Positions 9,016 through 18,557 of a DNA stretch of 64,000 bases are shown here, piece after piece. A program made the position numbers and the translations under genes. The notes beneath the pieces were generated by a model. That model did no database searches, was not told the DNA's origin, and saw nothing but the letters and a program-made list of their open reading frames with translations. This stretch comes from Vicinamibacterales bacterium (GTDB taxonomy: Bacteria > Acidobacteriota > Vicinamibacteria > Vicinamibacterales > UBA8438): assembly GCA_965262985.1 (NCBI GenBank), contig OZ253576.1, positions 2,057,213 to 2,121,212 on the forward strand, in the 5' to 3' direction. The number at the start of each line of letters is the position of its first letter. Positions within the stretch are counted from its first letter, which is position 1.

Positions 9016-10464
9016 CTACCGATCGGACAGGGCGCGCCGCAGCAGGTCGTTGACCAGCTTCGGGTTCGCGCGGCCGCGCGTGCACCGCATCACTTGTCCC
9101 ACGAGGAACCCGAGTGACCCTTCGTTGCCGGAGCGGAACCGTTCGACCGCATCCGGATGCTCGGTCATGACGTGATCCACCACGGCGGTCAGGGCACCCT
9201 CGTCGCCAATCTGGGACAACCCTTCTTCCCGGACGATCTCCTCCGCCTCGCCGCCGGTTCCGTACATCCGGTCGAACACGTGTTTGGCCACACTCGAGCT
9301 GATCACGCCCGTATCCACCAGCCCGATCAGGCGTCCCAACCGGGCGGGGGTGACGCCGGCGGCATCGATGGCCGCATCCTCGGTCTTCAGACGTCGCGTC
9401 AACTCGCCGGTCACCCAGTTACCCGCCGCCCTGGCATTGCCCGCCACGGCAGCCGTCGCCTCGAAGAAGCGCGTCAGCGCGGCAGACTCGGAAATCTGCG
9501 CTGCATCTGCGGGCGCCACCGCATACTCGCTAACGAGACGCTGTTTCCGCGCGTCGGGCAGTTCCGGCAGCGAGTCGCGCACGGTCGCGACCCAGTCGTC
9601 GGAAACCTCGACCGGTGGCAGATCCGGCTCCGGAAAATAGCGGTAGTCGTGCGCCTCCTCCTTGCTGCGCATCGAGACGGTGCGCCCGGTGGTTTCGTCC
9701 CACAGTCTGGTTTCCTGCACGATTCGCTCGCCAGCGCGGCACCGGTCGGTCTGGCGAACGATCTCGTATTCGAGGGCGCGCTGCAGGAACCGGAACGAGT
9801 TGAGATTCTTCACCTCGACCTTGACCCCCAGCGCCGCCTGACCCTCGGGGCGCACCGACACGTTCGCGTCGCAGCGCAGGCTGCCTTCCTCCATGTTGCC
9901 GTCATTGACACCGATCTCCATAAGGATGGCGCGCAGCCGCGCAAAAAAATCGGCCGCCGCCGACGGTGATCGAAGGTCGGGATGGGTCACGATCTCCACG
10001 AGCGGCACACCACTCCGATTGAAGTCGAGGTAGGAATGTCGGTCGGCGTCACCAGCGCCGACATGAATCGATTTGCCGGCATCTTCCTCCAGATGCACGC
10101 GCAGGACCCGCACCGCACGCGGCCCGTCATCCGCCTCGTAGCGGACCTCGCCATCGGCTGCGACGGGATGCTCGTACTGCGAGATCTGATATCCCTTCGG
10201 CAGATCCGGGTAGAAGTAGTTCTTGCGAGCGAAAATCGAGCGGCGCCGGATCGTGCACCCGAGCGCGAGACCGGCGCGCAACGCGAGTTCCACGACGCGA
10301 CGATTCAGCACCGGCAGCGCGCCCGGCAGCCCGAGGCACACCGCACACACCTGCGAATTCGGCGCAGCGCCGAAGCGGGTCGCGCAACCGCAGAAGATCT
10401 TCGTGTCGGTCAAGAGCTGCGCGTGAATCTCGAGCCCGATGACCGGTTCGAATCCGAAAGGCAT
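9016..10464 (-). CDS. gatB: Asp-tRNA(Asn)/Glu-tRNA(Gln) amidotransferase subunit B
   Basis: MPFGFEPVIGLEIHAQLLTDTKIFCGC... together with the C-terminal GatB/YqeY domain. The ATG at 10464 gives 482 aa. The longer ORF-track N-terminus is Arg/Pro-rich junk. Confidence 0.95.
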   Translation of the reverse strand: MPFGFEPVIGLEIHAQLLTDTKIFCGCATRFGAAPNSQVCAVCLGLPGALPVLNRRVVELALRAGLALGCTIRRRSIFARKNYFYPDLPKGYQISQYEHPVAADGEVRYEADDGPRAVRVLRVHLEEDAGKSIHVGAGDADRHSYLDFNRSGVPLVEIVTHPDLRSPSAAADFFARLRAILMEIGVNDGNMEEGSLRCDANVSVRPEGQAALGVKVEVKNLNSFRFLQRALEYEIVRQTDRCRAGERIVQETRLWDETTGRTVSMRSKEEAHDYRYFPEPDLPPVEVSDDWVATVRDSLPELPDARKQRLVSEYAVAPADAAQISESAALTRFFEATAAVAGNARAAGNWVTGELTRRLKTEDAAIDAAGVTPARLGRLIGLVDTGVISSSVAKHVFDRMYGTGGEAEEIVREEGLSQIGDEGALTAVVDHVMTEHPDAVERFRSGNEGSLGFLVGQVMRCTRGRANPKLVNDLLRRALSDR

Positions 10465-10495
10465 GACAGTGAGCGGTCTGGCCGGCACCCCTCCA

Positions 10496-12103
10496 CTACC
10501 GGAGCGCGGCGCACGGTCCGGCGGCCGCCACCTCTGCACTCGCCGCATCGCTGAAGGCTTCGAAATTCTTCGCGAACATCTCCGCGAGTCCAGCTGCCTG
10601 GGCGTCGTAGTCGGCGGCGTTCGACCAGGTCCGGCGTGGGTGCGGCACGTCGGACGATACGCCGGGGCACCGTACCGGGACCTCGACATTGAACATCGGA
10701 TCGATCTCGTACGGCACATCGTCGAGAGCGCCGGACAGCGCCGCAGCGATCAGCGCACGGGTGTAGCCGATCGGCATTCTCCGGCCCGTGCCGTATGCTC
10801 CGCCGGTCCAGCCGGTATTGACGAGCCACGCCTGCGCCCCATGGGCGGCCAGCCGCTCGCCGAGGAGCGACGCGTACGTCGTCGGCGGCCAGACCATGAA
10901 GGGCGCGCCGAAGCAGGTGCTGAACGTGGCGACCGGTTCGGTCACCCCGCGCTCGGTGCCCGCCACCTTTGCGGTATACCCCGAGAGGAAATGGTACATC
11001 GCCGCGGCTGGCGACAGCCTGGTGATCGGCGGCAGCACGCCGAACGTATCCGCTGTCAGCATGATGACGTTCCCGGGATGTCCCGCCTGTCCGGACGGCA
11101 CGACGCCGTCGATGTACGACAGCGGATACGCCCCGCGCGTGTTCTCCGTCACCGAGTCATCGTCGAAATCGACCTGACGGGTCACCGGATCTACTGCGAC
11201 GTTCTCGAGCACGGTGCCGAACCGGCGCGCCGCCGCATGGATCTGCGGCTCAGCCTCGGCCGACAGCTTGATCATCTTCGCGTAACAGCCGCCCTCGAAG
11301 TTGAATACGCCCCGATCGCACCATCCATGTTCGTCATCACCGATGAGGTGCCGGGTCGGTTCGCTCGATAACGTGGTCTTGCCGGTACCGGACAATCCGA
11401 AGAACAGCGCCACGTCGCCATTCTTGCCGACGTTGGCGGAGCAGTGCATCGGCATCACCCGGCGCAGCGGCAGCAGATAGTTCATGACGGTGAAGACCGA
11501 TTTCTTGATTTCGCCGGCGTACGCCGTGCCACCGATCAGCACCAGTCGCTTCGCGAGATTCAGCAGAACGAAGACCTCTGAATTCGTGCCGTGGAGCGCC
11601 GGGTCGGCGCGGCAGGTCACCGCGTCGATCACGGTCAGCTCCGGACGAAAGTCGTCGAGCCTGGAGCGATCCGTTTCCGTGATGAACATGTAACGCGCGA
11701 ACAGATTGTGCCAGGCCCGTTCGGTGATCACCCGCACCGGCAGCCGATAGGACGGGTCCGCCCCGGCGTAGCAGTCCTGCACGAACAGGTCCTTGCCGCG
11801 CAGATGCTGCGCCACGAGGCGATGCACCGCGTCGAACCGCTCCGCCGCAATCGGACGGTTCACGCCACCCCAGGCAACATTCTTCGCACTCGACGATTCC
11901 TCGACGAGAAAACGGTCCCGGGGTGACCGTCCGGTGTGCGGCCCGGTCCGGCAGACGAGGGGGCCGCCGGCAACGACCGTGCCCTCCCTCCGCGCCACCG
12001 CCTCCTCGTACAACGCCGCCGTCGAGAGATTCCAGAACACCGACGCCGGGTCTTCGATGCCGAGTGTGTCAAGACGCTGATCCGCTGTCACCTGTAACTC
12101 CAT
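10496..12103 (-). CDS. pckA: Phosphoenolpyruvate carboxykinase (ATP)
   Basis: ATP-PEPCK signatures (GLSGTGKTTLS, IGDDEHGW, FNFEGGCYAK). The ATG at 12103 (MELQVTADQRL...) gives 535 aa. Confidence 0.95.
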   Translation of the reverse strand: MELQVTADQRLDTLGIEDPASVFWNLSTAALYEEAVARREGTVVAGGPLVCRTGPHTGRSPRDRFLVEESSSAKNVAWGGVNRPIAAERFDAVHRLVAQHLRGKDLFVQDCYAGADPSYRLPVRVITERAWHNLFARYMFITETDRSRLDDFRPELTVIDAVTCRADPALHGTNSEVFVLLNLAKRLVLIGGTAYAGEIKKSVFTVMNYLLPLRRVMPMHCSANVGKNGDVALFFGLSGTGKTTLSSEPTRHLIGDDEHGWCDRGVFNFEGGCYAKMIKLSAEAEPQIHAAARRFGTVLENVAVDPVTRQVDFDDDSVTENTRGAYPLSYIDGVVPSGQAGHPGNVIMLTADTFGVLPPITRLSPAAAMYHFLSGYTAKVAGTERGVTEPVATFSTCFGAPFMVWPPTTYASLLGERLAAHGAQAWLVNTGWTGGAYGTGRRMPIGYTRALIAAALSGALDDVPYEIDPMFNVEVPVRCPGVSSDVPHPRRTWSNAADYDAQAAGLAEMFAKNFEAFSDAASAEVAAAGPCAALR

Positions 12104-12242
12104 TGTCCGGGTGAATGTTGGCGGGAGACGGGTACCGTCCGAAATGTCGCGCATCGTACGATCCACTCGGAAGCAGGTCAATGTGCTATTGCACGCAGAC
12201 CCGTGCAGCATTCCGGGCAAACGGCCGATAGACACGGTAGCC

Positions 12243-13313
12243 ATGAACCAGTTCACGAACCTGAACCGTCCCGTACCTCCGCTCCGATCGATTCGGTTGG
12301 CGGTCCTGCTCATGCTCGCCGTGCTGACCGTGCGGTGCGGCGGTCGATCGCTGCCGCCGCTCCACACGGCCGACGCGGCACACGCCGATCCCGTGACCCT
12401 GCGCGTGGCGGTGGGCACGGGGACCGACCGTCGGATCCGGACGATACCCCTTGAAGACTATGTCCGCGGGTCAGTCTCGGCCGAGATGCCGTTACGCGAG
12501 TCGGACCCCGCGGTCGCCAAACGGCTGGCCCGGCTTCAGGCGATACTGGCGCGCACCTACGCCCTCGCCAACCGCAGCCGCCACCGCCGCGACGGTTTCG
12601 AGCTCTGCTCGACGACGCATTGCCAGGTATATTCGCCGGCGGACACAGAGCCGCCGGCGACGGCCGATCTCGTGGCCGCCGCCGTCGCCGACACCCGTGG
12701 CATGGTGATCTCCAGCGGCGACGGTCCCATCAACGCCCTGTTCCATGCCGACTGCGGAGGCCGTACGAGTTCGGCCACTGCGGTCTGGGGCGGCCCGGCG
12801 CCGGCTCACCTGTCCGGCGTGCGCGACACCATGTGCCTCACGACCGCCCGTGACGACTGGCGGCTCGAACTCGACCGCGACCATCTCCGTCGAATACTCA
12901 ACACTGCCGGGGATACAGCCGTTGGCGGACGACTCGACGAACTCGCCGTCATTTCCCGTGACGCCGCGGGCAGGGCGACCCGTATCGAACTTGGCGGAAG
13001 CGAGCCCCGAATCGTCCGTGGAGAGCGCCTGCGCGCGGTCATCACGCGGCAACTCGGTGGCCGGGCGTTCCGGAGCACGTTGTTCAGCGTGACCCTGCGG
13101 GACGACACGTTCCAGTTCGTCGGCCGGGGATTCGGACACGGGGTCGGTCTCTGCCAGACCGGAGCCATCATCCGGGCGCGCCGGGGTGCCACGGTCGACG
13201 AAATCCTCGCCCACTACTATCCCGGCACGCGTGTCCGGGTCTTGCCGGCGGCCGCGGCGCCGCGGCGTGCCGTGCCGACACCGGCGCCGCACCCGCGCCC
13301 TCGCGGTGAGTGA
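12243..13313 (+). CDS. SpoIID/LytB domain protein (amidase enhancer family)
   Basis: Signal peptide (MNQFTNLNRPVPPLRSIRLAVLLMLAVLTVRCGG) and SpoIID core motifs (ARTYALANR, CSTTHCQVY, FHADCGGRTSS). Confidence 0.85.
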   Translation: MNQFTNLNRPVPPLRSIRLAVLLMLAVLTVRCGGRSLPPLHTADAAHADPVTLRVAVGTGTDRRIRTIPLEDYVRGSVSAEMPLRESDPAVAKRLARLQAILARTYALANRSRHRRDGFELCSTTHCQVYSPADTEPPATADLVAAAVADTRGMVISSGDGPINALFHADCGGRTSSATAVWGGPAPAHLSGVRDTMCLTTARDDWRLELDRDHLRRILNTAGDTAVGGRLDELAVISRDAAGRATRIELGGSEPRIVRGERLRAVITRQLGGRAFRSTLFSVTLRDDTFQFVGRGFGHGVGLCQTGAIIRARRGATVDEILAHYYPGTRVRVLPAAAAPRRAVPTPAPHPRPRGE

Positions 13314-13400
13314 CCGGCAGCCCACGAGGCGCCGCGGCGATCGATGAAGGCCCATGATCGCAGCCCGTCATCCAGGATGCGCCATCGCCTACACCGCCGG

Positions 13401-13426
13401 TGAACGACCAGACCGGCGGTGTCGTA
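13401..13426 (+). promoter_or_regulatory. Candidate ECF-type autoregulatory promoter
   Basis: TGAAC, 17 nt, CGTA. This resembles ECF promoters (GAAC at -35, CGT at -10). It lies about 60 nt upstream of the sigma factor ORF. The match rests on the pattern alone. Confidence 0.25.
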
Positions 13427-13484
13427 TACGTGTATGATAGTGCTTTGAAGCACTAGCCGTCAGACAACGACATCGGGCCGAACT

Positions 13485-14174
13485 GTGCCACGCTCCATAC
13501 CGACCGACACCGCCTCCCCCGCTGCAGGCCACGAACACGCCGCCATCGAGACCCGTCTCGCGTCGCAGGTCAAGGAATTGATGGGCGCCGGCCGCCGGAC
13601 CGAGGCGGCCGAACTGTTCAACGCCATCATCGATCGACAGCAACGCCGCGCCGCGCGCATCGCCTATCACTATCTGCGCGACCCTGCAGATGTCGACGAA
13701 GTCGTCCAGGATGCCTTTCTCAAGGCGTTCCTGCATCTGCCATCCTTCAGAGAAGATCTGTTTTTCGAATTGTGGTTCACGCGCATCCTGGTCAACGCGT
13801 GTCTCGATCGTCTGAAGGCCAGGACCCGTCGCGCCCGCTGGATGGCGCCGTCCGGCGAGCCGGAGAGTTTCGTCACTGACGGGCCACCCTGCAACGAACC
13901 GTCCCCGGAGGCTGCCCTGCTGGCCAAGGAACGGCGCGCACAGCTCGAATCGGCTATCGACCGCCTGCCGGCTCGTCAGCGCACGGCCATGATTCTCATA
14001 CATCTGGAAGGCCGGCCGGCGCGCGAGGTCAGCGTTGTCATGGGGCTGAGCGAGTCGACCGTCCGTGTCCACCTGTTTCGCGCGGTTCGCAAGCTGCGGG
14101 GCTTCCTCGATCGTGAGGGCTGGATGGTCGGCGCGCGACTGGCTGGAGGAGTTCATGCGCGGCAGCGCGCGTGA
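13485..14174 (+). CDS. ECF (sigma-70 family) RNA polymerase sigma factor
   Basis: Region 2 (IAYHYLRDPADVDEVVQDAFLKAFLHLPSF, WFTRILVNACLDRLK) and region 4 (LPARQRTAMILIHLEGRPAREVSVVMGLSESTVRVHLFRAVRKLR). An alternative ATG start is at 13581. Confidence 0.9.
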   Translation: MPRSIPTDTASPAAGHEHAAIETRLASQVKELMGAGRRTEAAELFNAIIDRQQRRAARIAYHYLRDPADVDEVVQDAFLKAFLHLPSFREDLFFELWFTRILVNACLDRLKARTRRARWMAPSGEPESFVTDGPPCNEPSPEAALLAKERRAQLESAIDRLPARQRTAMILIHLEGRPAREVSVVMGLSESTVRVHLFRAVRKLRGFLDREGWMVGARLAGGVHARQRA

Positions 14175-14217
14175 GCCGTACATCACCTGAACCTGGACGC
14201 ACGACACACCGACGATC

Positions 14218-14940
14218 ATGACTGGACCAGGTTGGTTGCCTCGGCGCAGAGGGTGGCGGGTAGCCAGGAGTCACCTCTCCGAAGATCACCTGTTGGAACT
14301 CGCACTGGACCGCGCGCGCGAATCCGGGTCGAATCAGCGGTCAGCGGAACATCTCCGCTCCTGCAGCCGATGTGAAGACCGCTATCGGGCCCTGGCGGCG
14401 CAACTCGACTCGGTTTCCGCCACCGCGGAGGTCGGATTCGACGCGATCTTCACACCGAGCCGCCTGCAGTCCCAGCGCGATAGAATCACACGTCGCCTGG
14501 CCACGCTCGTCGGAAACGCCCAGCCGGCGCGCGTCCTGACCTTTCCCTTGTCCAGCAGGTCACTGCCGGGTCTGGCCTGGACGCCACGACGGTGGATTCC
14601 AGCGGCGGTCGCGGCTGGCCTGTTGCTTGGCGTCACGGCGGGTCAACTCATCCACCTCCATCCGGCGGGTACCGAACCGCCCGCCGCCAGCAGCGTGGAC
14701 GCCAGATCGTCGGCGGTGGCCGGCAACAACGACACGACGGAGGCGGCCGAGTGGCCGTCGCTCGCCGGCGCCCAGGCCGGCGCCGTACCGCTGGCGCTGG
14801 ATGCGCCAGAACGGCTCATGGCCGAAGATGAATTCCTCGGGATCCTCGATCGCGCACTGACCAGCGTCCAGGTCTCCGAGCTTCAGTCGATTGATGCGCT
14901 CACGCCGCGTGTCCGCGACATCGCTGTCAACATTCGGTGA
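14218..14940 (+). CDS. Putative anti-sigma factor (zinc-finger type, single TM)
   Basis: Lies immediately downstream of the ECF sigma gene. It has an N-terminal HLRSCSRCEDRY (H-x3-C-x2-C) motif, a central TM helix (WIPAAVAAGLLLGVTAGQLI) and an extracytoplasmic C-terminal part. Confidence 0.6.
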   Translation: MTGPGWLPRRRGWRVARSHLSEDHLLELALDRARESGSNQRSAEHLRSCSRCEDRYRALAAQLDSVSATAEVGFDAIFTPSRLQSQRDRITRRLATLVGNAQPARVLTFPLSSRSLPGLAWTPRRWIPAAVAAGLLLGVTAGQLIHLHPAGTEPPAASSVDARSSAVAGNNDTTEAAEWPSLAGAQAGAVPLALDAPERLMAEDEFLGILDRALTSVQVSELQSIDALTPRVRDIAVNIR

Positions 14941-16184
14941 CAATCGGTCCCATTTCCGCCGTCGATTCCGGTACCGCTCCGGCGCAACTGTTCCGCAAGG
15001 GCCTCGCGCTGAAACATGCGGTCGCCGGCAAACTGGCCGCCGACTATCGCAGTGTCCGCATCGAGCAGATCCGCGCCAACGGCTACCAGTGGACGAACGG
15101 ACGCCTGCGTTTCCACCTGGCCCGCGAGTTCGGCTTCTGCTACGGTGTCGACCGTGCCGTCGACTATGCATACCAGACGCGCCGTCGTTTTCCCGACCGG
15201 TCGATCTACCTGACCGGCGAGATCATTCACAATCCCCAGGTCAACAGCCGGCTGCGCGCCGCAGGCGTCCGGTTTCTCGGCGATGCCGGAGCACGATTGG
15301 AGGCGCTCGGCCCGGACGACGTGGTGATACTGCCCGCGTTCGGGGTCACGATCTCGATGCTGGCCCGATTGCAGGACCAGGGCTGCACGGTGATCGACAC
15401 CACCTGCGGATCGGTGCTGAACGTCTGGAAGAACGTGCTCCGCTACGCCCACGATGGATTCACCTCGATCATCCACGGCAAGGCGCAGCACGAGGAGACG
15501 CAGGCCACCGCGTCTCAGGTCCTCAAATATCGAGGAGGACGGTCGCTGGTGGTGCTCGATCGCGAGGAAGCGGGTGTCGTCTGCGACTTCATCCGCCGCG
15601 GCGGCGACGAATCAGCGTTCATGGCACGTTTCAGCGGCGCCACCTCGCCGGATTTCTCGCCGCGCCGCGATCTGGAACGCGTGGGACTTGCCAACCAGAC
15701 CACCATGCTGATGTCCGAATCGCTCGCCATCGGCGATCTCTTCAGGCAGGCCATGGCGGCCAGGTACGGAGAGACCAATCTGGATGCGCACTACCGTGCG
15801 TTCGACACCATTTGCAGCGCGACTCAGGACCGGCAGGATGCCGTGTCGGCGCTGCTGGAGCGCTCGGCGATCGACCTGATGATCGTCATCGGCGGCTACA
15901 ACAGCAGCAACACCAGGAATCTGGCCCGTCTTGCCGCGGAGCGGGTGCCGACGTATCACATCGCCGACGCCAAGTGTCTGACGTCCGGCAGCGAACTGCG
16001 GCACCAGCCCGTGGTCCAGACGCCGGCGCCACGGCGCGGATTCAAGGTGAACGAAGTGCGGACCGCCAACTGGATGCCGCAGGGAACCGTCACCGTCGGA
16101 CTCACCGCCGGCGCGTCGACACCGGACTCGGTTGTTGGACAGGTCATCGACCGCATCGAATCACTTGCAGCCAGCGACGACTGA
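14937..16184 (+). CDS. ispH: 4-hydroxy-3-methylbut-2-enyl diphosphate reductase (long, cyanobacterial/plant-type IspH)
   Basis: GFCYGVDRAV, GEIIHNPQVN, VIDTTCGSV, IIHGKAQHEET, ANQTTM and VIGGYNSSNT motifs. The GTG start overlaps the anti-sigma stop as GTGA. Confidence 0.93.
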   Translation: MTIGPISAVDSGTAPAQLFRKGLALKHAVAGKLAADYRSVRIEQIRANGYQWTNGRLRFHLAREFGFCYGVDRAVDYAYQTRRRFPDRSIYLTGEIIHNPQVNSRLRAAGVRFLGDAGARLEALGPDDVVILPAFGVTISMLARLQDQGCTVIDTTCGSVLNVWKNVLRYAHDGFTSIIHGKAQHEETQATASQVLKYRGGRSLVVLDREEAGVVCDFIRRGGDESAFMARFSGATSPDFSPRRDLERVGLANQTTMLMSESLAIGDLFRQAMAARYGETNLDAHYRAFDTICSATQDRQDAVSALLERSAIDLMIVIGGYNSSNTRNLARLAAERVPTYHIADAKCLTSGSELRHQPVVQTPAPRRGFKVNEVRTANWMPQGTVTVGLTAGASTPDSVVGQVIDRIESLAASDD

Positions 16185-16299
16185 CCAGCGCGCGGCCGCG
16201 AGGGCCTGCCCTGTCCTCTCCCGTGCAGTAAACGTTTACAAGCGTCACGCAGTCTGTGCAGAGGAGGGTGTGGGAACTTATCAGGTTGGAGGAAGACCG

Positions 16300-16743
16300 A
16301 TGCGCTGGTGCTCTATCGCGCTGCTCGGATTTCTGTTCGTGTCTGCCTCGGCGCCGGTCGACGCCAAGAATCAGGGCCGCCGGCCACACCGCTGGTGGCA
16401 ATCCGCCGAGGTCACGCAACTCCTGCAGTTGACCGATGCGCAATCGGCCAGGCTCGATCGGATTTACCAGCGGGCGCTTCCGAAGCTGCGGGAGTCGATG
16501 CGGCGACTCAACGCCGAGGAACGAACCCTGTCTCATCTCGTGGCAGACATGAACGTCGAGGAAATCGACGTCACGAGGCAGATTGACCGAGTCGAGGCGG
16601 CCCGCAGCGAGCTCAGCAAGACCCGCATTCTGATGGTGTTTCGAATGTCCCGGGTCCTGACAGGGACCCAAACAGACCTGCTCGACGAGTGGACGAAGCG
16701 GGACGCGGACACGCTCCGCTCGAATCGCACCCGCGACAAATGA
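16300..16743 (+). CDS. Periplasmic Spy/CpxP-like protein (LTxxQ-motif family)
   Basis: The ATG at 16300 follows GGAGGAAG. Signal peptide MRWCSIALLGFLFVSASAPVDA, an LTDAQSARLDRI motif, and a helical, basic sequence. Confidence 0.7.
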   Translation: MRWCSIALLGFLFVSASAPVDAKNQGRRPHRWWQSAEVTQLLQLTDAQSARLDRIYQRALPKLRESMRRLNAEERTLSHLVADMNVEEIDVTRQIDRVEAARSELSKTRILMVFRMSRVLTGTQTDLLDEWTKRDADTLRSNRTRDK

Positions 16744-16893
16744 CGGTGGCCCCACGAACGACACGTTCATGCGATCGCCTGGAGCATCGAGCCGTCGGGG
16801 AAGAATCGTTCATCGTTCGAGGTCTAACATAGTATCGAAATGATGCATCGGACCCGCGACGCCGCCGATCGGACGCTGAGGAGAGATATCGAG

Positions 16894-18516
16894 ATGTGGA
16901 GTGCAGCCCGCCGTTGTTCGTTCGCCCTGTTCGCCATCGCATTCGTCAGCAGCAGTGCTCTGGCCCAGACAACGGAAACCGACATCGCCAATCTCATCCA
17001 GCAGGCCACTACCCGGCTCGCGGTCATCCAGACACCGGGGACCGGGCCAACCGTCGATCTGACGTTGGAAGAGGCCATCGCCAGAGCGCTCGAACGCAAT
17101 CTCGACCTGGTGGTGCAGCGGCTCAACCCGCAAGTCTTCGATCTGAACCTGGCGCAACAGCTTTCCTTCTATCGACCGTCTGTGAACACGTCGCTGGGTA
17201 ACACCTCTCGAACGAACCCATCGTCGACCCAGCTCGACGGGGGCGAGTCGGTGATCAGCAAGACCGCGACTTTCAACGGCGGAATCAGCCAGCCGGTCCA
17301 GTGGGGCGGTGGCAACTATCAGGTGAACTTCAACAATAACCGCTCGGCCTCCAACAATTTCTTTTCGAGCTTCAATCCCAGCTACCGGTCGACATTCCAG
17401 GCGACCTATACCCAACCGCTCCTGCGAGGGTTCAAGATAGACAACACGCGGCAGCAGATTCAGGTCACACGCATCAACCGGGACATCGCCGACATCGACC
17501 TGCGGCAATCGATTACCAATACCGTCTCGTCGGTGAGCAACGCCTACTGGGATCTGCTCTACGCCACCCAGACTCTCGCGGTACAGCAGCAGGCGCTCGA
17601 TCTCGCTGAAGATCTCGTCCGCGACAACCAGGCGCGGGTGGAGATCGGCACCCTCGCTCCGATTGACATCGTCCAGGCCCAGTCGGAGGCCGCCTCGCGG
17701 CGGCAGGCGCTGGCGCAAGCCGAACAGTCGCTCGCCACGGCCGAACTGGTCTTGAAGCAGCTCATCGTCAACGGCACCGACGACGAGTACTGGACCGCCA
17801 CGCTGAACCCGGTCGATCAGCCGACGATCGAGGCGCAACCGGTCGATCTCGAAGTGGCGATCCGGTCGGCGCTTGACCAGCGAACCGATCTGGCCCGCTC
17901 GCGGCGACAACTCGACATCAACGACATCAATCTGGCCGCGATGCGCAACAATACGCTGCCGGCCGTCGACCTCGTCGGCACCTACCAGTTGCAGGGTCAG
18001 GGCGGCACCCGGTTCTTGCGTTCCGGACTCGGCGGTAGAGTCACCACAGAGATCCCGGGTGGCATCACCGATGCGTTCGATCAACTGTTCGACGCCGAAT
18101 TCCCGGTGTGGACGGTCCAGGTGCAGGTGAGCTATCCGCTGGGCCAGAGTGCCGCGGACGCCGCAGTTGCTCGAGCCCGGCTGCAGACTCAGCAGGTGCA
18201 GGCCCAGCTTCGCCAGCTCCAGCTCCAGGTGGCCACCGAAGTCACCAACGCCGTCGTCCAGATTCAGGCCATTGACCGGCGCATCGAAGCCGCCATCGCG
18301 GCGCGCGAACTGGCCGAGCAACAACTGGACGCGGAGCAAAGCCGTTTCGAAGCCGGGTTAACCACGAACTTCTTCGTCGTGCAGGCCCAACGAGACTTGG
18401 CGACGGCGCAGGACGCCGAACTGCGGGCCATCCTCGACCAGCAGAAGGCGCTCGTCGAACTCGATCGCGTGCAACGGACATCGCTGTCGAACGCGGGAAT
18501 CCAGATCGTGCAGTAA
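16894..18516 (+). CDS. TolC family outer membrane efflux protein
   Basis: Signal peptide, then a duplicated TolC-type repeat (LTLEEAIARALERNLDLV..., QAQLRQLQLQV...). The ATG at 16894 is preceded by GAGGAGAG. Confidence 0.9.
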   Translation: MWSAARRCSFALFAIAFVSSSALAQTTETDIANLIQQATTRLAVIQTPGTGPTVDLTLEEAIARALERNLDLVVQRLNPQVFDLNLAQQLSFYRPSVNTSLGNTSRTNPSSTQLDGGESVISKTATFNGGISQPVQWGGGNYQVNFNNNRSASNNFFSSFNPSYRSTFQATYTQPLLRGFKIDNTRQQIQVTRINRDIADIDLRQSITNTVSSVSNAYWDLLYATQTLAVQQQALDLAEDLVRDNQARVEIGTLAPIDIVQAQSEAASRRQALAQAEQSLATAELVLKQLIVNGTDDEYWTATLNPVDQPTIEAQPVDLEVAIRSALDQRTDLARSRRQLDINDINLAAMRNNTLPAVDLVGTYQLQGQGGTRFLRSGLGGRVTTEIPGGITDAFDQLFDAEFPVWTVQVQVSYPLGQSAADAAVARARLQTQQVQAQLRQLQLQVATEVTNAVVQIQAIDRRIEAAIAARELAEQQLDAEQSRFEAGLTTNFFVVQAQRDLATAQDAELRAILDQQKALVELDRVQRTSLSNAGIQIVQ

Positions 18517-18557
18517 TCGTCAACAGGGACAGTGCAGAATCGTCAACCAAGCGAGGG

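Noticed and set aside
10443-10453. tRNA-like T-loop sequence GGTTCGAATCC
   Set aside because: It lies inside the gatB N-terminal coding sequence (MPFGFEPV), and no acceptor or anticodon arms can be drawn around it.
10465-12418. Long N-terminal extensions of the gatB (to 10719) and pckA (to 12418) track ORFs
   Set aside because: The extensions are Arg/Cys/Thr-rich junk. They overlap neighbouring genes or the divergent spacer, and the internal ATGs restore canonical protein lengths and N-termini.
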